Source of the DNA: Zhongshania sp.
Lineage (GTDB): Bacteria > Pseudomonadota > Gammaproteobacteria > Pseudomonadales > Spongiibacteraceae
Reading direction: 5' to 3'
Assembly (NCBI GenBank): GCA_046712405.1
Contig: JBKEFB010000001.1
Coordinates: 12,584 to 76,583, forward strand
DNA: 64,000 nucleotides
Below, piece by piece: positions 8,760 through 18,945 of the stretch. The position numbers were made by a program, and so were the translations under genes. Under the pieces are notes generated by a model. It did no database searches. It was not told where the DNA came from and saw only the letters and a list, made by a program, of their open reading frames with translations. Positions within the stretch are counted from its first letter, which is position 1. Each line of letters opens with the position of its first letter.

Positions 8760-11252
8760 TTACCAGCGATAGGTGAATTGTGCCGCGATACTGCGCGGAC
8801 GTTCGATAAACGCGTAGTGACCAATGCTGCCAAAAATACTGTTGGCCAGCGACATGCTGTTGGCGTAGGTAATGACAACTTCGTTAGTCAGATTTTTGCC
8901 AATCAGGGCAGCTTCCCATCCCGCCTTGTTGTCGGCCAGTGCAAGCCTAAGATTTAACTTCTGGTAGCCGTCTTGCAGCAACCTTGGATCGAGATCCTGT
9001 GTTGGGTTGTAGTCGTCGGTGAAGACAATATCCAGAGTACTACTGAATTCGAGCGATTCCGAAAAGGGCTGGCGATAAGCGAGTGATATGTTTCCGGAAT
9101 AGTCTGCAACGTACTGGTTGGTCTGGCCGGTAAAGTCGCAGAGACCGTCGTCTTCTGGGTCGGGCTGCTGTTGGTAACACTGTCCGTTTTTAAAATCAGT
9201 AAACTCAAAATCCAGCCAGGCGAGTGCCGCACTTAGTGTCAGTGAATCGCTTAAGGCGATTCGTCCGTCGACTTCCACCCCCATAGTTTGAGCCGCCCCG
9301 GCATTGCCCACATTGAAACCTAGGGTGCCGTCAAAAATACTGACCTGTAGATTATTGTACTCAGTGTAAAAGGCGGCAATATTCAGGTTGGTCCTGCCGT
9401 TGAATAAGGTGCTTTTGTTACCCACTTCCAGTGTTAGTGCCTCTTCCTCTTCAAATTCAAAGGAACCTAGAAACTGTTCACTCGGAACACCACCGTAGTT
9501 GGGGTTGTGCGGGGCCGGGTCATCGGCAGCGGGCGACTGGTTGGAGCGCGCATCAAAGCCGCCGGATTTAAAGCCCTGACTCAATGTGGCGTACATCATG
9601 CTGTCTTCACTCCAATCGTATTGAAGTGTTATCAAGGGCGAGATATTACTGCTAGTGCGACTGCCCTTAAGATCGTGTTCCTCAACGGAGAGGTTCTTGG
9701 CGAGAACGGTACGAACTTCCTGTGGGTCTGGCTGGCTACCATCGTTGGTTAAATGCAGAGAGCGGCTGCCGTCTTTCTGTTCATATGAAAGTCGAGCGCC
9801 CAATGTTGTACGAAAGGAGGGATTTATATTCCAAGTGCCTTGAAAAAATACAGACCACAATTGCGCGTCAGTAGTAAAGACTCTTGGCGTGCGCAGTCCT
9901 CGCAGGTGATCCCCCGCATCGCCAACACCGCCTGTGCCGCCCAAAACATCACCGTCGGCCGGACGATCACCCAGCCCACCAGGGTTGGGTGCACCGGTAT
10001 TTGGATCCCTGGCAATGTTGTCTGCGAGGTTGAGCAGCTCGGGTAAGATGTTGCTGTCGATACGAACAGCGTCAAAATAATCAATCTTGCTTAACTGGAA
10101 ATAGCCGCCTGTAATATATTCGAGGTCACCACCGGACGGTGATACCCAACGTAATTCTTGGCTGAATTGCTGATAGTTCTCCTGCAGTAAAGCGTCAAAA
10201 ATTGGCGCTCCGGTGAAATCGACATCGGTAACTTCCTCGAAGTTATAGCGCATAAAGCCGGTGATAGAGCTCAATATATGTCCGTCGCGATCGTAATCTG
10301 CATGGAAGGTAAGGTTCAGGGTATCGTTGTTGCTGTAGTCGCCGTTTGACGAGCGTTTGTAATCTTGATAATTGTTTAGCACAGACGAATCTGCGTCCAT
10401 ATTCAGCAGTAGCGGAACCTGAGTGTTGTCGAGAATTTGTGCGTAGGTACGACCTGCGAAAAGCGCATTGCTGGAATTTGAAATTTCGTCGGTCACTACT
10501 TCTACTTGGCGCCCGATAACATCAAAACGACCGGCCTCGAATTTGGCCAGTAACTGCAGGCGGTCGTTAACAGCCCAGTCAAACAACAAGCGCGCAGTCA
10601 ACTCATCGCGTGCTGGTTCGTCACGTTTTAGTGTCAGGTTTTCAATATAGCCGTCGAGTTTGCGGTAGCGTATAGCCAGACGAGCACCCATCGCGTCACT
10701 TATTGGGCCGGACAGGACAAAATCGGCAATTCCCTCACCGTGATCCGGCGCGGTTAGTAGGGAGACTTTTCCTTCTGTTTCTTCTCCTGGCCGTTGCGAT
10801 AGGAGGCTGATTGCGCCGGCAATACTGTTCTTGCCATACAAAATATTTTGCGGGCCACGCAGTACTTCAACGCGAGCCAAATCCAAAAACGGCGCACGGG
10901 AAAGTTGGGCGCGGCCATAATAAACGCCATCAAAATACATGCCGACGGATTGTTCAAAGCCCTGATTAATGCCCGAGCCGATGCCGCGTATATAAATATT
11001 GGTGCCGATGCCGGTTTCCGACATAGTGAAGTTGGGTATATAGGCCTGCAGGTTTTCAATTTTGTCTATGCCTGCTTCGAGTAGCTTGTCGCCGGACAGC
11101 GCGTTTACCGATACCGGCACATCCTGCAGACTTTGTGTGCGGAATTGGGAGGTCACAATCACCTCTTCAAGCACGAGCTGTGCCTGCAGAGTGGAACAGT
11201 ATAATGCTGTAAACAGGATTGTAGTGGTGGTTGAAGTACGGGCGCGGGTCAT
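8760..11252 (-). CDS. TonB-dependent receptor
   Basis: TonB box LEEVIVTSQ, VEVLRGPQNILYGKN, GFKSGG, C-terminal YRW. Confidence 0.95.
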   Translation of the reverse strand: MTRARTSTTTTILFTALYCSTLQAQLVLEEVIVTSQFRTQSLQDVPVSVNALSGDKLLEAGIDKIENLQAYIPNFTMSETGIGTNIYIRGIGSGINQGFEQSVGMYFDGVYYGRAQLSRAPFLDLARVEVLRGPQNILYGKNSIAGAISLLSQRPGEETEGKVSLLTAPDHGEGIADFVLSGPISDAMGARLAIRYRKLDGYIENLTLKRDEPARDELTARLLFDWAVNDRLQLLAKFEAGRFDVIGRQVEVVTDEISNSSNALFAGRTYAQILDNTQVPLLLNMDADSSVLNNYQDYKRSSNGDYSNNDTLNLTFHADYDRDGHILSSITGFMRYNFEEVTDVDFTGAPIFDALLQENYQQFSQELRWVSPSGGDLEYITGGYFQLSKIDYFDAVRIDSNILPELLNLADNIARDPNTGAPNPGGLGDRPADGDVLGGTGGVGDAGDHLRGLRTPRVFTTDAQLWSVFFQGTWNINPSFRTTLGARLSYEQKDGSRSLHLTNDGSQPDPQEVRTVLAKNLSVEEHDLKGSRTSSNISPLITLQYDWSEDSMMYATLSQGFKSGGFDARSNQSPAADDPAPHNPNYGGVPSEQFLGSFEFEEEEALTLEVGNKSTLFNGRTNLNIAAFYTEYNNLQVSIFDGTLGFNVGNAGAAQTMGVEVDGRIALSDSLTLSAALAWLDFEFTDFKNGQCYQQQPDPEDDGLCDFTGQTNQYVADYSGNISLAYRQPFSESLEFSSTLDIVFTDDYNPTQDLDPRLLQDGYQKLNLRLALADNKAGWEAALIGKNLTNEVVITYANSMSLANSIFGSIGHYAFIERPRSIAAQFTYRW

Positions 11253-11287
11253 TGTTATTATCTCCCTTGTTACGAATTACTTCGGCG

Positions 11288-12244
11288 TCATTTCAAATAC
11301 AGATTTTGCGTGCTCGTCGTCCATTCATTTGTTAATTCACTCACTACTGCAGCGACTGACTGTATTGACTTGACTGGGCCAACCGACTGCCCGGCTGCCC
11401 AGATATCTTTCCAACGTTTTGCGTCGACACTGGCGGAAACGTCAATGGCTGTTTTTTCGGGCATATTGCTCGGGTCCAGCCCGGCATTGAGAAGTGATTC
11501 ACGCAGCCAGTTGGCTTTTACGCCGGTAATGGCATCGGAGCAGACGATGTCGTCTACGCCGCTTTTCACCACCATATTTTTGTAGTCCTGAGCGACCATA
11601 CTTTCTTCTGTGGCGAGAAAACGTGTGCCTAGATAGGCAAGGGCTACTCCCAGCGTTTGTACCGCACTGATACCGCGACCGCTGGCGATACCGCCCCCTA
11701 GAATTAGTGGGCCGTCCCAAAATTCGCGGACCGCATCGACAAAAGCGAAGGGACTGAGCGGGCCGGTATGGCCGCCAGCCCCTGCGCATACCAGCACTAG
11801 CCCATCGACGCCGGCGTCAATCGCTTTGCGGGCAAAAGTGGGATTGATGACATCGGCAAAAACCAATACTCCTTGCTGGTGTGCCGCATCGATAACATGA
11901 CGCGGACTGCCCAAAGCGGTTACCAATAAATCGGGTTTGTACTCCAAAAGCAGTTCCAGATCTTCGTCGAGGCGTTGATAGGTGGGGTGAACAATCAGGT
12001 TTGCCGCCCAAGGCTTGCCAGCACAGCCCAGTTTGATTGTTTCTAGCCAGTCTTTGAGCTGGGCCGTGGTACGAGCGTTTTGTGTGGGAAATGAGCCAAG
12101 AATACCCGCATTGGTGGCGGCAATGACCATCTCTGGCCCCGACACCAGAAACATGGGGGCTTGTATAACAGGCAGTGTTAGCTTGTTGCAAAGTGCCTGA
12201 AAGCGGCTGTGCTTATTGCTGGCATTGTTTGCTGAAGGCTTCAC
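11288..12244 (-). CDS. Nitronate monooxygenase / FabK-like FMN oxidoreductase
   Basis: PVIQAPM, AGGHTG, LGGGI, GTRFLATEES, WAAGQ. Confidence 0.88.
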   Translation of the reverse strand: MKPSANNASNKHSRFQALCNKLTLPVIQAPMFLVSGPEMVIAATNAGILGSFPTQNARTTAQLKDWLETIKLGCAGKPWAANLIVHPTYQRLDEDLELLLEYKPDLLVTALGSPRHVIDAAHQQGVLVFADVINPTFARKAIDAGVDGLVLVCAGAGGHTGPLSPFAFVDAVREFWDGPLILGGGIASGRGISAVQTLGVALAYLGTRFLATEESMVAQDYKNMVVKSGVDDIVCSDAITGVKANWLRESLLNAGLDPSNMPEKTAIDVSASVDAKRWKDIWAAGQSVGPVKSIQSVAAVVSELTNEWTTSTQNLYLK

Positions 12245-13884
12245 TGAATAATGTCCTCTAATTGGCGACGGTTGACTTTGCCCAGTGGGTTACGTGGCAG
12301 TGCCTCACAGATGACTAAGTGCTCTGGCAGTTTGAAGCGTGCGATCCCTTGTTTACTTAAATAATCACACAGGGAATTCAGGCTTGGTTTGGAGCCGGGG
12401 CAGGGCACAATAACCGCGGCAATTTTTTGTCCGAGAATCTCGTCTACCATACCAACGACGGCAACTTCCTGCAGATCGGGGTGGCCAGCTAGCAGTTGAT
12501 CTAGTTCTTCAGGTGAAATTTTCATGCCGCCGCGCACTATGATGTCTTTGAAGCGACCAACAAAGGAATAAAATTCACTGTTCGCACCGGTAATTTCAAA
12601 TAGGTCGCCGGTTCGAAAATATCCGTCTTTATCAAACACGGTTTTGTTATCGTCATGACTTTGCCAATAGCCCTCAAATACGGTCGGACCTTTAATGCGA
12701 AGTTCACCGGCTTTGCCTGGCCCATTAACTATCGCGCCGGTGTCCGGTTCTATTAGTCGAGTGAGCAACAGTCTGCTCATCCTGTTCTGCCAAGCAAACT
12801 CAGGATAGCCGAAGCGAGGGAAGCGGCTTGCGCGGTCGTGCGGATCGGGAACGTCGCGGGCGTCGGCTACCAGGCAGCAACCTTCGTTGGAGCCAAACAT
12901 ATTTACGATGTCTATATTTAGCTGCTCTTTAAAGCCACTGATCATGTTGGGTGATAAAGGTGCGCTACCTGAGCCGATTACGCGCAGGCTGGACATGTCC
13001 ACCGAGGTCATCAGTTCGGGTTGTGCTAGCAACAGCGTTAGCAGAGCCGGGGGCGCGACGGTGTACTCGGCTTTTTCATTCTCTATCTGCTTTAGAAAAA
13101 CCGGTAAATCCATAGGGTGGTGGAGCACAAGGCGGCCTTTGACGGTCAGCCAATAGATTAAAAAGGTACTGATTGCTGCCATATTGATCATGGGGAACGG
13201 CGCAAGCATAGTGGCGTATTGTGCCAGCTCGGTTGCATCTTCAAACACCGGAATCATGGCCAGCCAGTGGTGGTGACGGCGTGGCACGGCTTTGGGTGTG
13301 CCGGTGGTGCCGGAAGTCCAGCAAAGGGTGTAGAGGCTGTCAGCAGCGGGCGCTTGAACAGAGTTCGGCAGTGTGGGTATGTCATACGCGGTGTTTGGGG
13401 GAGCGGGGAAGCAGATCTGATTCGGTCGCAAGGTATTGCCAACGACAATGCAGGGTATCTTGTCCGACAGGAGTGCTGTCAGTTCTGTAGCCGGCTGGCT
13501 GTCCTTGAATTGGTCGATGGTGATTACGGCTCGCGGTTCTGCAATCTCGATAATGCCGCGTAATTCGTGGCTGCGGTATTGCATTGGGACGGGGGAGATG
13601 ACGGCACCAAGACGCGCAATGCCCAAATAGACCGCCATGAGCTCTACAATATTTGGTAGTTGCACCAACACGCGGTCGCCGCTGCTAATTCCCTGTGAAT
13701 GCAGCAATGCCGCAACGCGCATTGCCTGCGTGTGCAAGTCGGCAAAGCTCCAGCGCTGGGGCTCGCTGTTGCATAGTGCGCTGCGATTCATTGGGTCGAT
13801 AACGGCCTCGCGCTGCTCGCTTCCCTTTACGGCGCGCTCGAATAATTCCCAAACGGTGTTAACACCGTTCATTTCCGATTTCAT
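12241..13884 (-). CDS. AMP-dependent acyl/aryl-CoA ligase (class I adenylate-forming enzyme)
   Basis: WTSGTTGTPK, FGSNEG, FRTGDL, LPRNPLGK; start set at ATG 13884 (MKSEMN) because the 94-codon extension covers the divergent promoter. Confidence 0.9.
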   Translation of the reverse strand: MKSEMNGVNTVWELFERAVKGSEQREAVIDPMNRSALCNSEPQRWSFADLHTQAMRVAALLHSQGISSGDRVLVQLPNIVELMAVYLGIARLGAVISPVPMQYRSHELRGIIEIAEPRAVITIDQFKDSQPATELTALLSDKIPCIVVGNTLRPNQICFPAPPNTAYDIPTLPNSVQAPAADSLYTLCWTSGTTGTPKAVPRRHHHWLAMIPVFEDATELAQYATMLAPFPMINMAAISTFLIYWLTVKGRLVLHHPMDLPVFLKQIENEKAEYTVAPPALLTLLLAQPELMTSVDMSSLRVIGSGSAPLSPNMISGFKEQLNIDIVNMFGSNEGCCLVADARDVPDPHDRASRFPRFGYPEFAWQNRMSRLLLTRLIEPDTGAIVNGPGKAGELRIKGPTVFEGYWQSHDDNKTVFDKDGYFRTGDLFEITGANSEFYSFVGRFKDIIVRGGMKISPEELDQLLAGHPDLQEVAVVGMVDEILGQKIAAVIVPCPGSKPSLNSLCDYLSKQGIARFKLPEHLVICEALPRNPLGKVNRRQLEDIIQ

Positions 13885-13986
13885 ATCCAGAGTACCGAGT
13901 TTACTCCACACATCATGGCTTGTGTGTTCCCTGATTGAAGGTGTGTTATAGCTGCCCGCGCGAGCTGAGGATAACTGGCTCCAACG

Positions 13987-14049
13987 CTTGACAGTTTTTA
14001 TTATAGTCCTACAATACAATCTTAAGCTTGTATTGCAGAACCTGTCAAG
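13987..14049. promoter_or_regulatory. Overlapping divergent sigma70 promoters with a palindromic operator
   Basis: Plus strand TTGACA(13988)-16 nt-TACAAT; minus strand TTGACA(14048)-18 nt-TAAGAT; inverted repeat CAATACAA-N8-TTGTATTG at 14012-14035. Confidence 0.6.
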
Positions 14050-14153
14050 AGTCGCAAGCTGATGCTTCATGGGCGTATGGCTCTGAATGCACGCGACATG
14101 TAAAACTCGACACTGTAAAAAAATGGGTAAATAAAACGTGACCGGAGAACTCC

Positions 14154-15581
14154 ATGTCTGCAGCAATTAATTCCCCTAGTTTGAATAGCCAAAACCCCTA
14201 TTTGCAAGGCATGTACCAGGCGGTAGCCACTGAATCTACACTATTGAATTTGACCGTTGTGGGTGAAATTCCTAAAGACTTCCGGGGTAGCTATGTGCGT
14301 AACGGACCGAACCCGCGACGGCAACCAACCACCATGCATCACTGGTTTGACGGTGACGGCATGGTACATAGCGTGTATTTTGAGCATGGTAAGGCCGAGT
14401 ACCGAAACCGCTACGTGCGGTCTGATGATTTTCTTGCAGACGAGCAGGGGCATTGTATCGTGGGTGGCGTGATGGAGCGTGCCAATAACGAGCGAGCGCC
14501 AAAAGTGTATAAGGATACGGCCAACACCGATGTGATCTTGCATAACGGCCAGCTGATGGGCCTGTGGTATATCAGTGGTGAACCCGTAAGGATGGATGCG
14601 CGTACGCTGGAGACGCTCGGCCAGGAAGGTTTCGGCGGGCAACTGCCTCGGCATGTATCCGCGCATTCGAAAACGGATCCGGTGACGGGAGAGTTTTTGT
14701 TTTTCGATTACGCTCTTTACGAGCCGTGGATGAGCTGTGGTGTGGTAGATAAAAATAACAATTTACAAAATTTCAAAACCATAGAATTGCCGGGGCCGCG
14801 CTTGCCTCACGATATGGCTTTCACCCAAAACTACATGATATTGCATGACTTACCCGTGGTGTTTACCGAGCAGGCTATTCGCCAGAAGCAATGGTCGATC
14901 GAAATTGCTGATCAGGGGACCCGCTTTGGCGTGGTGCCGCGTAATGGAGAGGGTGCTGTGCGTTGGTTTGAAACTGAGCCTTGCTATATCTATCACGTGA
15001 TCAATGCCTGGGAAGAGGCTGATGAGGTGGTGATGCTGGGCTGTAAAATGGTGCCTAATCCTCACGCACGGGGCAAAGAATTTGGTCCTTACCGAGCAAT
15101 GGTGGAAGTGCTCGCGCTTAACGCTGTGCTCTGCGAATGGCGAATGAATTTGAAGAGCGGAAAATGCACTAGCCGGAATCTTGATGATGCAATTAGCGAA
15201 TTTCCAGCAATAAATCTTAATCACGCCGGACAAAAAAATCGTTTCAGCTATATCCAATCCATTGCGCCCACCAACACCTTAAAGTTTGACGGTATTTATA
15301 AATACGATTTTAACACTGACAAGCGTGAAGCTTATTGGTACGAGCCGGGTGTGTTTGGTTCAGAGGTAGCTTTTGCGCCACGCATCAATGCGAAAACTGA
15401 AGATGACGGTTATCTGCTGGGATTTTGTATCAATGAAAAGGATCTCAATTCAGAGTTGCGCATCTGGAATGCACAGGCGATTGAAGACGGTCCGCTCGCC
15501 AGAATTATGCTGCCCGTCACTGTGCCTGCAGGCTTCCACGCAACTTGGGCCGACGGCAGCGAGTTTTCCAAGGGGAGATGA
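14154..15581 (+). CDS. Carotenoid oxygenase family dioxygenase (CCO / lignostilbene dioxygenase-like)
   Basis: RNGPNP, HWFDGDGM, four Fe-ligand His (AHSK, PHD, YHVINA, GFHATW), SEFP. Confidence 0.93.
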   Translation: MSAAINSPSLNSQNPYLQGMYQAVATESTLLNLTVVGEIPKDFRGSYVRNGPNPRRQPTTMHHWFDGDGMVHSVYFEHGKAEYRNRYVRSDDFLADEQGHCIVGGVMERANNERAPKVYKDTANTDVILHNGQLMGLWYISGEPVRMDARTLETLGQEGFGGQLPRHVSAHSKTDPVTGEFLFFDYALYEPWMSCGVVDKNNNLQNFKTIELPGPRLPHDMAFTQNYMILHDLPVVFTEQAIRQKQWSIEIADQGTRFGVVPRNGEGAVRWFETEPCYIYHVINAWEEADEVVMLGCKMVPNPHARGKEFGPYRAMVEVLALNAVLCEWRMNLKSGKCTSRNLDDAISEFPAINLNHAGQKNRFSYIQSIAPTNTLKFDGIYKYDFNTDKREAYWYEPGVFGSEVAFAPRINAKTEDDGYLLGFCINEKDLNSELRIWNAQAIEDGPLARIMLPVTVPAGFHATWADGSEFSKGR

Positions 15582-15639
15582 CATTGAATTATTTTTGCGG
15601 GTCGGGTACTGACTCGGCCATGTTAATCGAGCGTTTGTC

Positions 15640-16083
15640 GTGAGCACCCTTAATGCTAAACAAAAGCGCGATGCACTGATTGGCGTTTGGTCCTTGTTAA
15701 GTTGGCATATTGATTTTGCCGATGGTCGTCCGGCTCGATATCCCTACGGTGAGTTTGCCGTCGGTAATATTGTCTACAGTGAAAACGGACGGATGTTGGC
15801 CACGATTAGTGAGTCGGATCGAAAACCGCTGTCGGTGGCAGTACCACATCAGGCGCCGGATGTAGAAAAAATCGCTGCTTTTGATAGTTTTTTCAGTTAC
15901 GGCGGCAGTTTTGTTGTCGAAGGCGATGAAGTGGTTCATCGCGTTGATATTGCCCTCAACCCGAATTTTGTTGGTAGTGAGCAGCGCCGACACATGCATT
16001 TTGAAAGCGACTTTCTCACGCTCTCGGCTCACGAGGGTGGGCGGCATCACCAGCTTAAGTGGCAGCGCGTAGCCAAGGCTTAA
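15640..16083 (+). CDS. Lipocalin-like domain protein
   Basis: LIGVWSLLSW N-terminal strand, SYGGSF, VVHRV..ALNPNFVGSEQRR pattern. Confidence 0.8.
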   Translation: MSTLNAKQKRDALIGVWSLLSWHIDFADGRPARYPYGEFAVGNIVYSENGRMLATISESDRKPLSVAVPHQAPDVEKIAAFDSFFSYGGSFVVEGDEVVHRVDIALNPNFVGSEQRRHMHFESDFLTLSAHEGGRHHQLKWQRVAKA

Positions 16084-16123
16084 GTATACTAATATCACCC
16101 TTTTTTTCAGGACAGAAAGCACC

Positions 16124-17800
16124 ATGCCTACAATGAATTTTTTTCAACAGCATCGCGAGCGTTTTGAGCTGGCGCAGCTGGCCTGCCGCGAGCGGCACCA
16201 CTGGAGTGCCTTTCCAGAGTTGCATGCCCACCCGCAACGTAAAGACGGCCCAAATGCAGCAGAACAATTTTTAAAATCATTAATGGGCTTTCGCTTTGAC
16301 ATCGAGCAGCCGGGAATCGAACAGTATATTGGCGAGGAAGTATCTCCGTATACGCAGGTTAAGCTGGATATTACCTACCCGCAATCCGATATTGATTCAC
16401 TGTTTTCCGCAGCAAAAGTCGCAATGTCAGACTGGGTTTTTAGCAGTGTTGAAATACGTACTGGTGTACTGATGGAGGTGGTCGAGCGCCTCTATACGCA
16501 AGTTTTTGAACTGGCGGCAGCGGTGATGCATACGGCCGGCCAAAGCCCGAACATGAGCTACACCGGTAGCGGTGTAAATGCTTTGGATCGGGCGATAGAA
16601 GCATTGGTTTACGCTTTTAACGCTATGAGCTGGACGCCCCAGACGGCACTTTGGGAACGGCCTTTTGGTAAAACAACCATCGCCCTTAAAAAACGCTACC
16701 GGACAATGCCCAGAGGTGTGGCGGTGTGTTTTAGCTGTGCAAGCTTTCCGACTTGGAATGCTTGGCCTTCAATGATGGCGAGTTTAGCGACGGGCAATGC
16801 CGTTATCGTAAAACCTCACCCCGATGCCGTCTTACCAATGGCGCTGTCAGTGCAAATTTTTCGCAAGGTATTGGCAGAAGCTGGCTTTGATCCTAACCTA
16901 GTGACTCTTGCCATGGATTCACGTGAACAACCTATTGGTAAAGTCTTGGTAAAACACCCCGATACAGCGATTGTAGATTTTACCGGCAGTGCTGAATTTG
17001 GCAGCTGGGTTGAGGCTAATGCTCACCCTGCTTTGTGTTACACCGAGACGGCAGGGGTGAACACGGTCGTATTAGAATCTTGTGAGGACCTCGATGCGGT
17101 ATTACGTAGCCTTGCGACTACTCTGTGTATGTTCTCGGCGCAGATGTGTACAAGCCCACAGAATATCTATCTACCCGCGCAGGGCGTGAAGGTAGCTAAG
17201 GGTGAGGCGGTAGTGTATGTGTCAGCGTCAGATGTTCGCACTCGCCTAGCTGCGGAAGTAGAAAACTTAGTTGCCGATCCGCGTAAGGCGGCAATGATTC
17301 TGGCCTGCGTTCAGTCGCCGGCAAGCCTTAAACTCATGACAGACTTGGAAACCCAAGCAGAGGTTTTATTGCATCCGCGTTCTTATTCTCATCCTGATTA
17401 TTCGAATGCGCGCACTTCAACGCCGCTGATGCTCTCTGTTAACAAAGCCCAGCGAAGCCTGTATTTGGGCGAGCGCTTCGGGCCGGTGTCCTTTGTCATT
17501 GCCTGCGACTCTGTAGAAGACGCGCTTGCGCAGGCAGCCAGGGATGTAGGCGAGATTGGCGGTTTGACCGCGTTTGTGTATTCCCTTGATGAGGGCTTTC
17601 TCGATCGGGCAGAGCAGGCTTACGCTTTAGCTGGCGCACAGTTGACTTGTAATCTCACTGGGCCTATGCCCCTGAATTTTGCCGCGGCCTACAGTGATTT
17701 TCATGTGACAGGGCTTAATGCTGCGGGCAACGCCTCGTTGACGGAACTGGGTTTTGTCGCCCAGCGCTTTCGTATTGTGCAAAGTCGGCGGCCAGCATGA
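16124..17800 (+). CDS. paaN: PaaN-like aldehyde dehydrogenase
   Basis: SFPTWN, LATGNAVIVKPHP, DFTGS, ETAGVN, catalytic QMCTSPQN, ERFGP, AAYSDFHVTG. Confidence 0.8.
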   Translation: MPTMNFFQQHRERFELAQLACRERHHWSAFPELHAHPQRKDGPNAAEQFLKSLMGFRFDIEQPGIEQYIGEEVSPYTQVKLDITYPQSDIDSLFSAAKVAMSDWVFSSVEIRTGVLMEVVERLYTQVFELAAAVMHTAGQSPNMSYTGSGVNALDRAIEALVYAFNAMSWTPQTALWERPFGKTTIALKKRYRTMPRGVAVCFSCASFPTWNAWPSMMASLATGNAVIVKPHPDAVLPMALSVQIFRKVLAEAGFDPNLVTLAMDSREQPIGKVLVKHPDTAIVDFTGSAEFGSWVEANAHPALCYTETAGVNTVVLESCEDLDAVLRSLATTLCMFSAQMCTSPQNIYLPAQGVKVAKGEAVVYVSASDVRTRLAAEVENLVADPRKAAMILACVQSPASLKLMTDLETQAEVLLHPRSYSHPDYSNARTSTPLMLSVNKAQRSLYLGERFGPVSFVIACDSVEDALAQAARDVGEIGGLTAFVYSLDEGFLDRAEQAYALAGAQLTCNLTGPMPLNFAAAYSDFHVTGLNAAGNASLTELGFVAQRFRIVQSRRPA

Positions 17801-17834
17801 ATTCTCACAGCCAGCTGTTTCGGTCTGTTAGGAC

Positions 17835-18797
17835 GTGCCTGTGAGTATTTCGCACATACCTTCAGCAAGCAATCAGCCTGTATCAACCGACAGACCAATA
17901 GATAATCCCTTGTTGCATGCACGGTCGGTGAGCCGGGCCTTGAATATTGTTGGCGACCGTACCGCCTTATTGCTGGTGTACTGGGTTTTCCTCGGGGTTT
18001 ACCGCTTCGTAGAATTACAAAGTAAAACCGGCTTGTCCAAAAGCCTGGTCAGTAATCGCATCAAGCGTCTCGAACAGGAGGGGGTATTAGAGCGACACGC
18101 TTATCAGGGCGGACGTTTTGAGTATCACCTCACGCCAATGGGCAAGGATCTTTACGATGTGGCCTTGGCAATTATTCGCTGGGACAAGCAATGGCATTAT
18201 AGCCGCGAATGCCCCACGCATAATCTGGTTCATCAACATTGCGGTAAGCAATTTATACCTGAACCGGTGTGTACTTTCTGCGCGGGCGCCATTGATGCGC
18301 GCAGCTGTGACTGGCATTTTGGGCCAGGACAGCCCGACGCTGAGCTAAGCAACTCGGGCAGATCGCGGCGTTCTCGCATTTCTCCCTCGGCACTGCATGC
18401 CGAGCACCCGATTATGGATCGCAGTCTTGAAATTCTAGGCGATCGCTGGACGGCACTGACCATCGCGGCTGCTTTTTATCGGGTGACAACCTTTAATGGC
18501 TTTCAGCAGGCGCTGGGCATTGCTACCAATATTCTTAGCGATCGGCTAGGGCGACTGGTGGCGATGGATATCTTTATCGAGCGCCGCCATTCACGATCTG
18601 AATACCGTCTTACCGAGCAGGGTTTGGCTTTGTTCCCGGTGATTGTCAGCCTGATGCGCTGGGGCGATGCTTGGTTGGTCGATACCAGTGGTCCGTCTCT
18701 GATTTTGATACACCGCAGATGCCAACAAGTGCTGGTGCCATCAATGCGCTGTGACCAATGCCATGAAGCACTACAATTCGGTGATTTTCATGTTTAA
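17835..18797 (+). CDS. Transcriptional regulator with two HxlR-type winged-helix domains
   Basis: Two repeats (ALNIVGDR...EYHLTPMG; SLEILGDRW...EYRLTEQG), each followed by a His/Cys tail. Confidence 0.88.
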   Translation: MPVSISHIPSASNQPVSTDRPIDNPLLHARSVSRALNIVGDRTALLLVYWVFLGVYRFVELQSKTGLSKSLVSNRIKRLEQEGVLERHAYQGGRFEYHLTPMGKDLYDVALAIIRWDKQWHYSRECPTHNLVHQHCGKQFIPEPVCTFCAGAIDARSCDWHFGPGQPDAELSNSGRSRRSRISPSALHAEHPIMDRSLEILGDRWTALTIAAAFYRVTTFNGFQQALGIATNILSDRLGRLVAMDIFIERRHSRSEYRLTEQGLALFPVIVSLMRWGDAWLVDTSGPSLILIHRRCQQVLVPSMRCDQCHEALQFGDFHV

Positions 18798-18945
18798 AGC
18801 TAGGTTGGTAGCTCAGCTAAGGAGATTTTCTAGTTGTGTTAAAAATAAAAAATATGTGTCCATTGGTACCCGATAATGGCCTGGATGAAGCACTTGGCAT
18901 GAGTATTTAATACTCGAGGTATACCATTCTGCACAGAATAATAGA

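Noticed and set aside
13885-14166. 94-aa N-terminal extension of the CoA ligase ORF
   Set aside because: Covers the divergent promoter and overlaps the oxygenase start; not ligase-like. ATG 13884 is more plausible.
16124-17800. Complete phenylacetate degradation pathway
   Set aside because: No paaABCDE, paaG, paaZ or paaK-like genes in the window.
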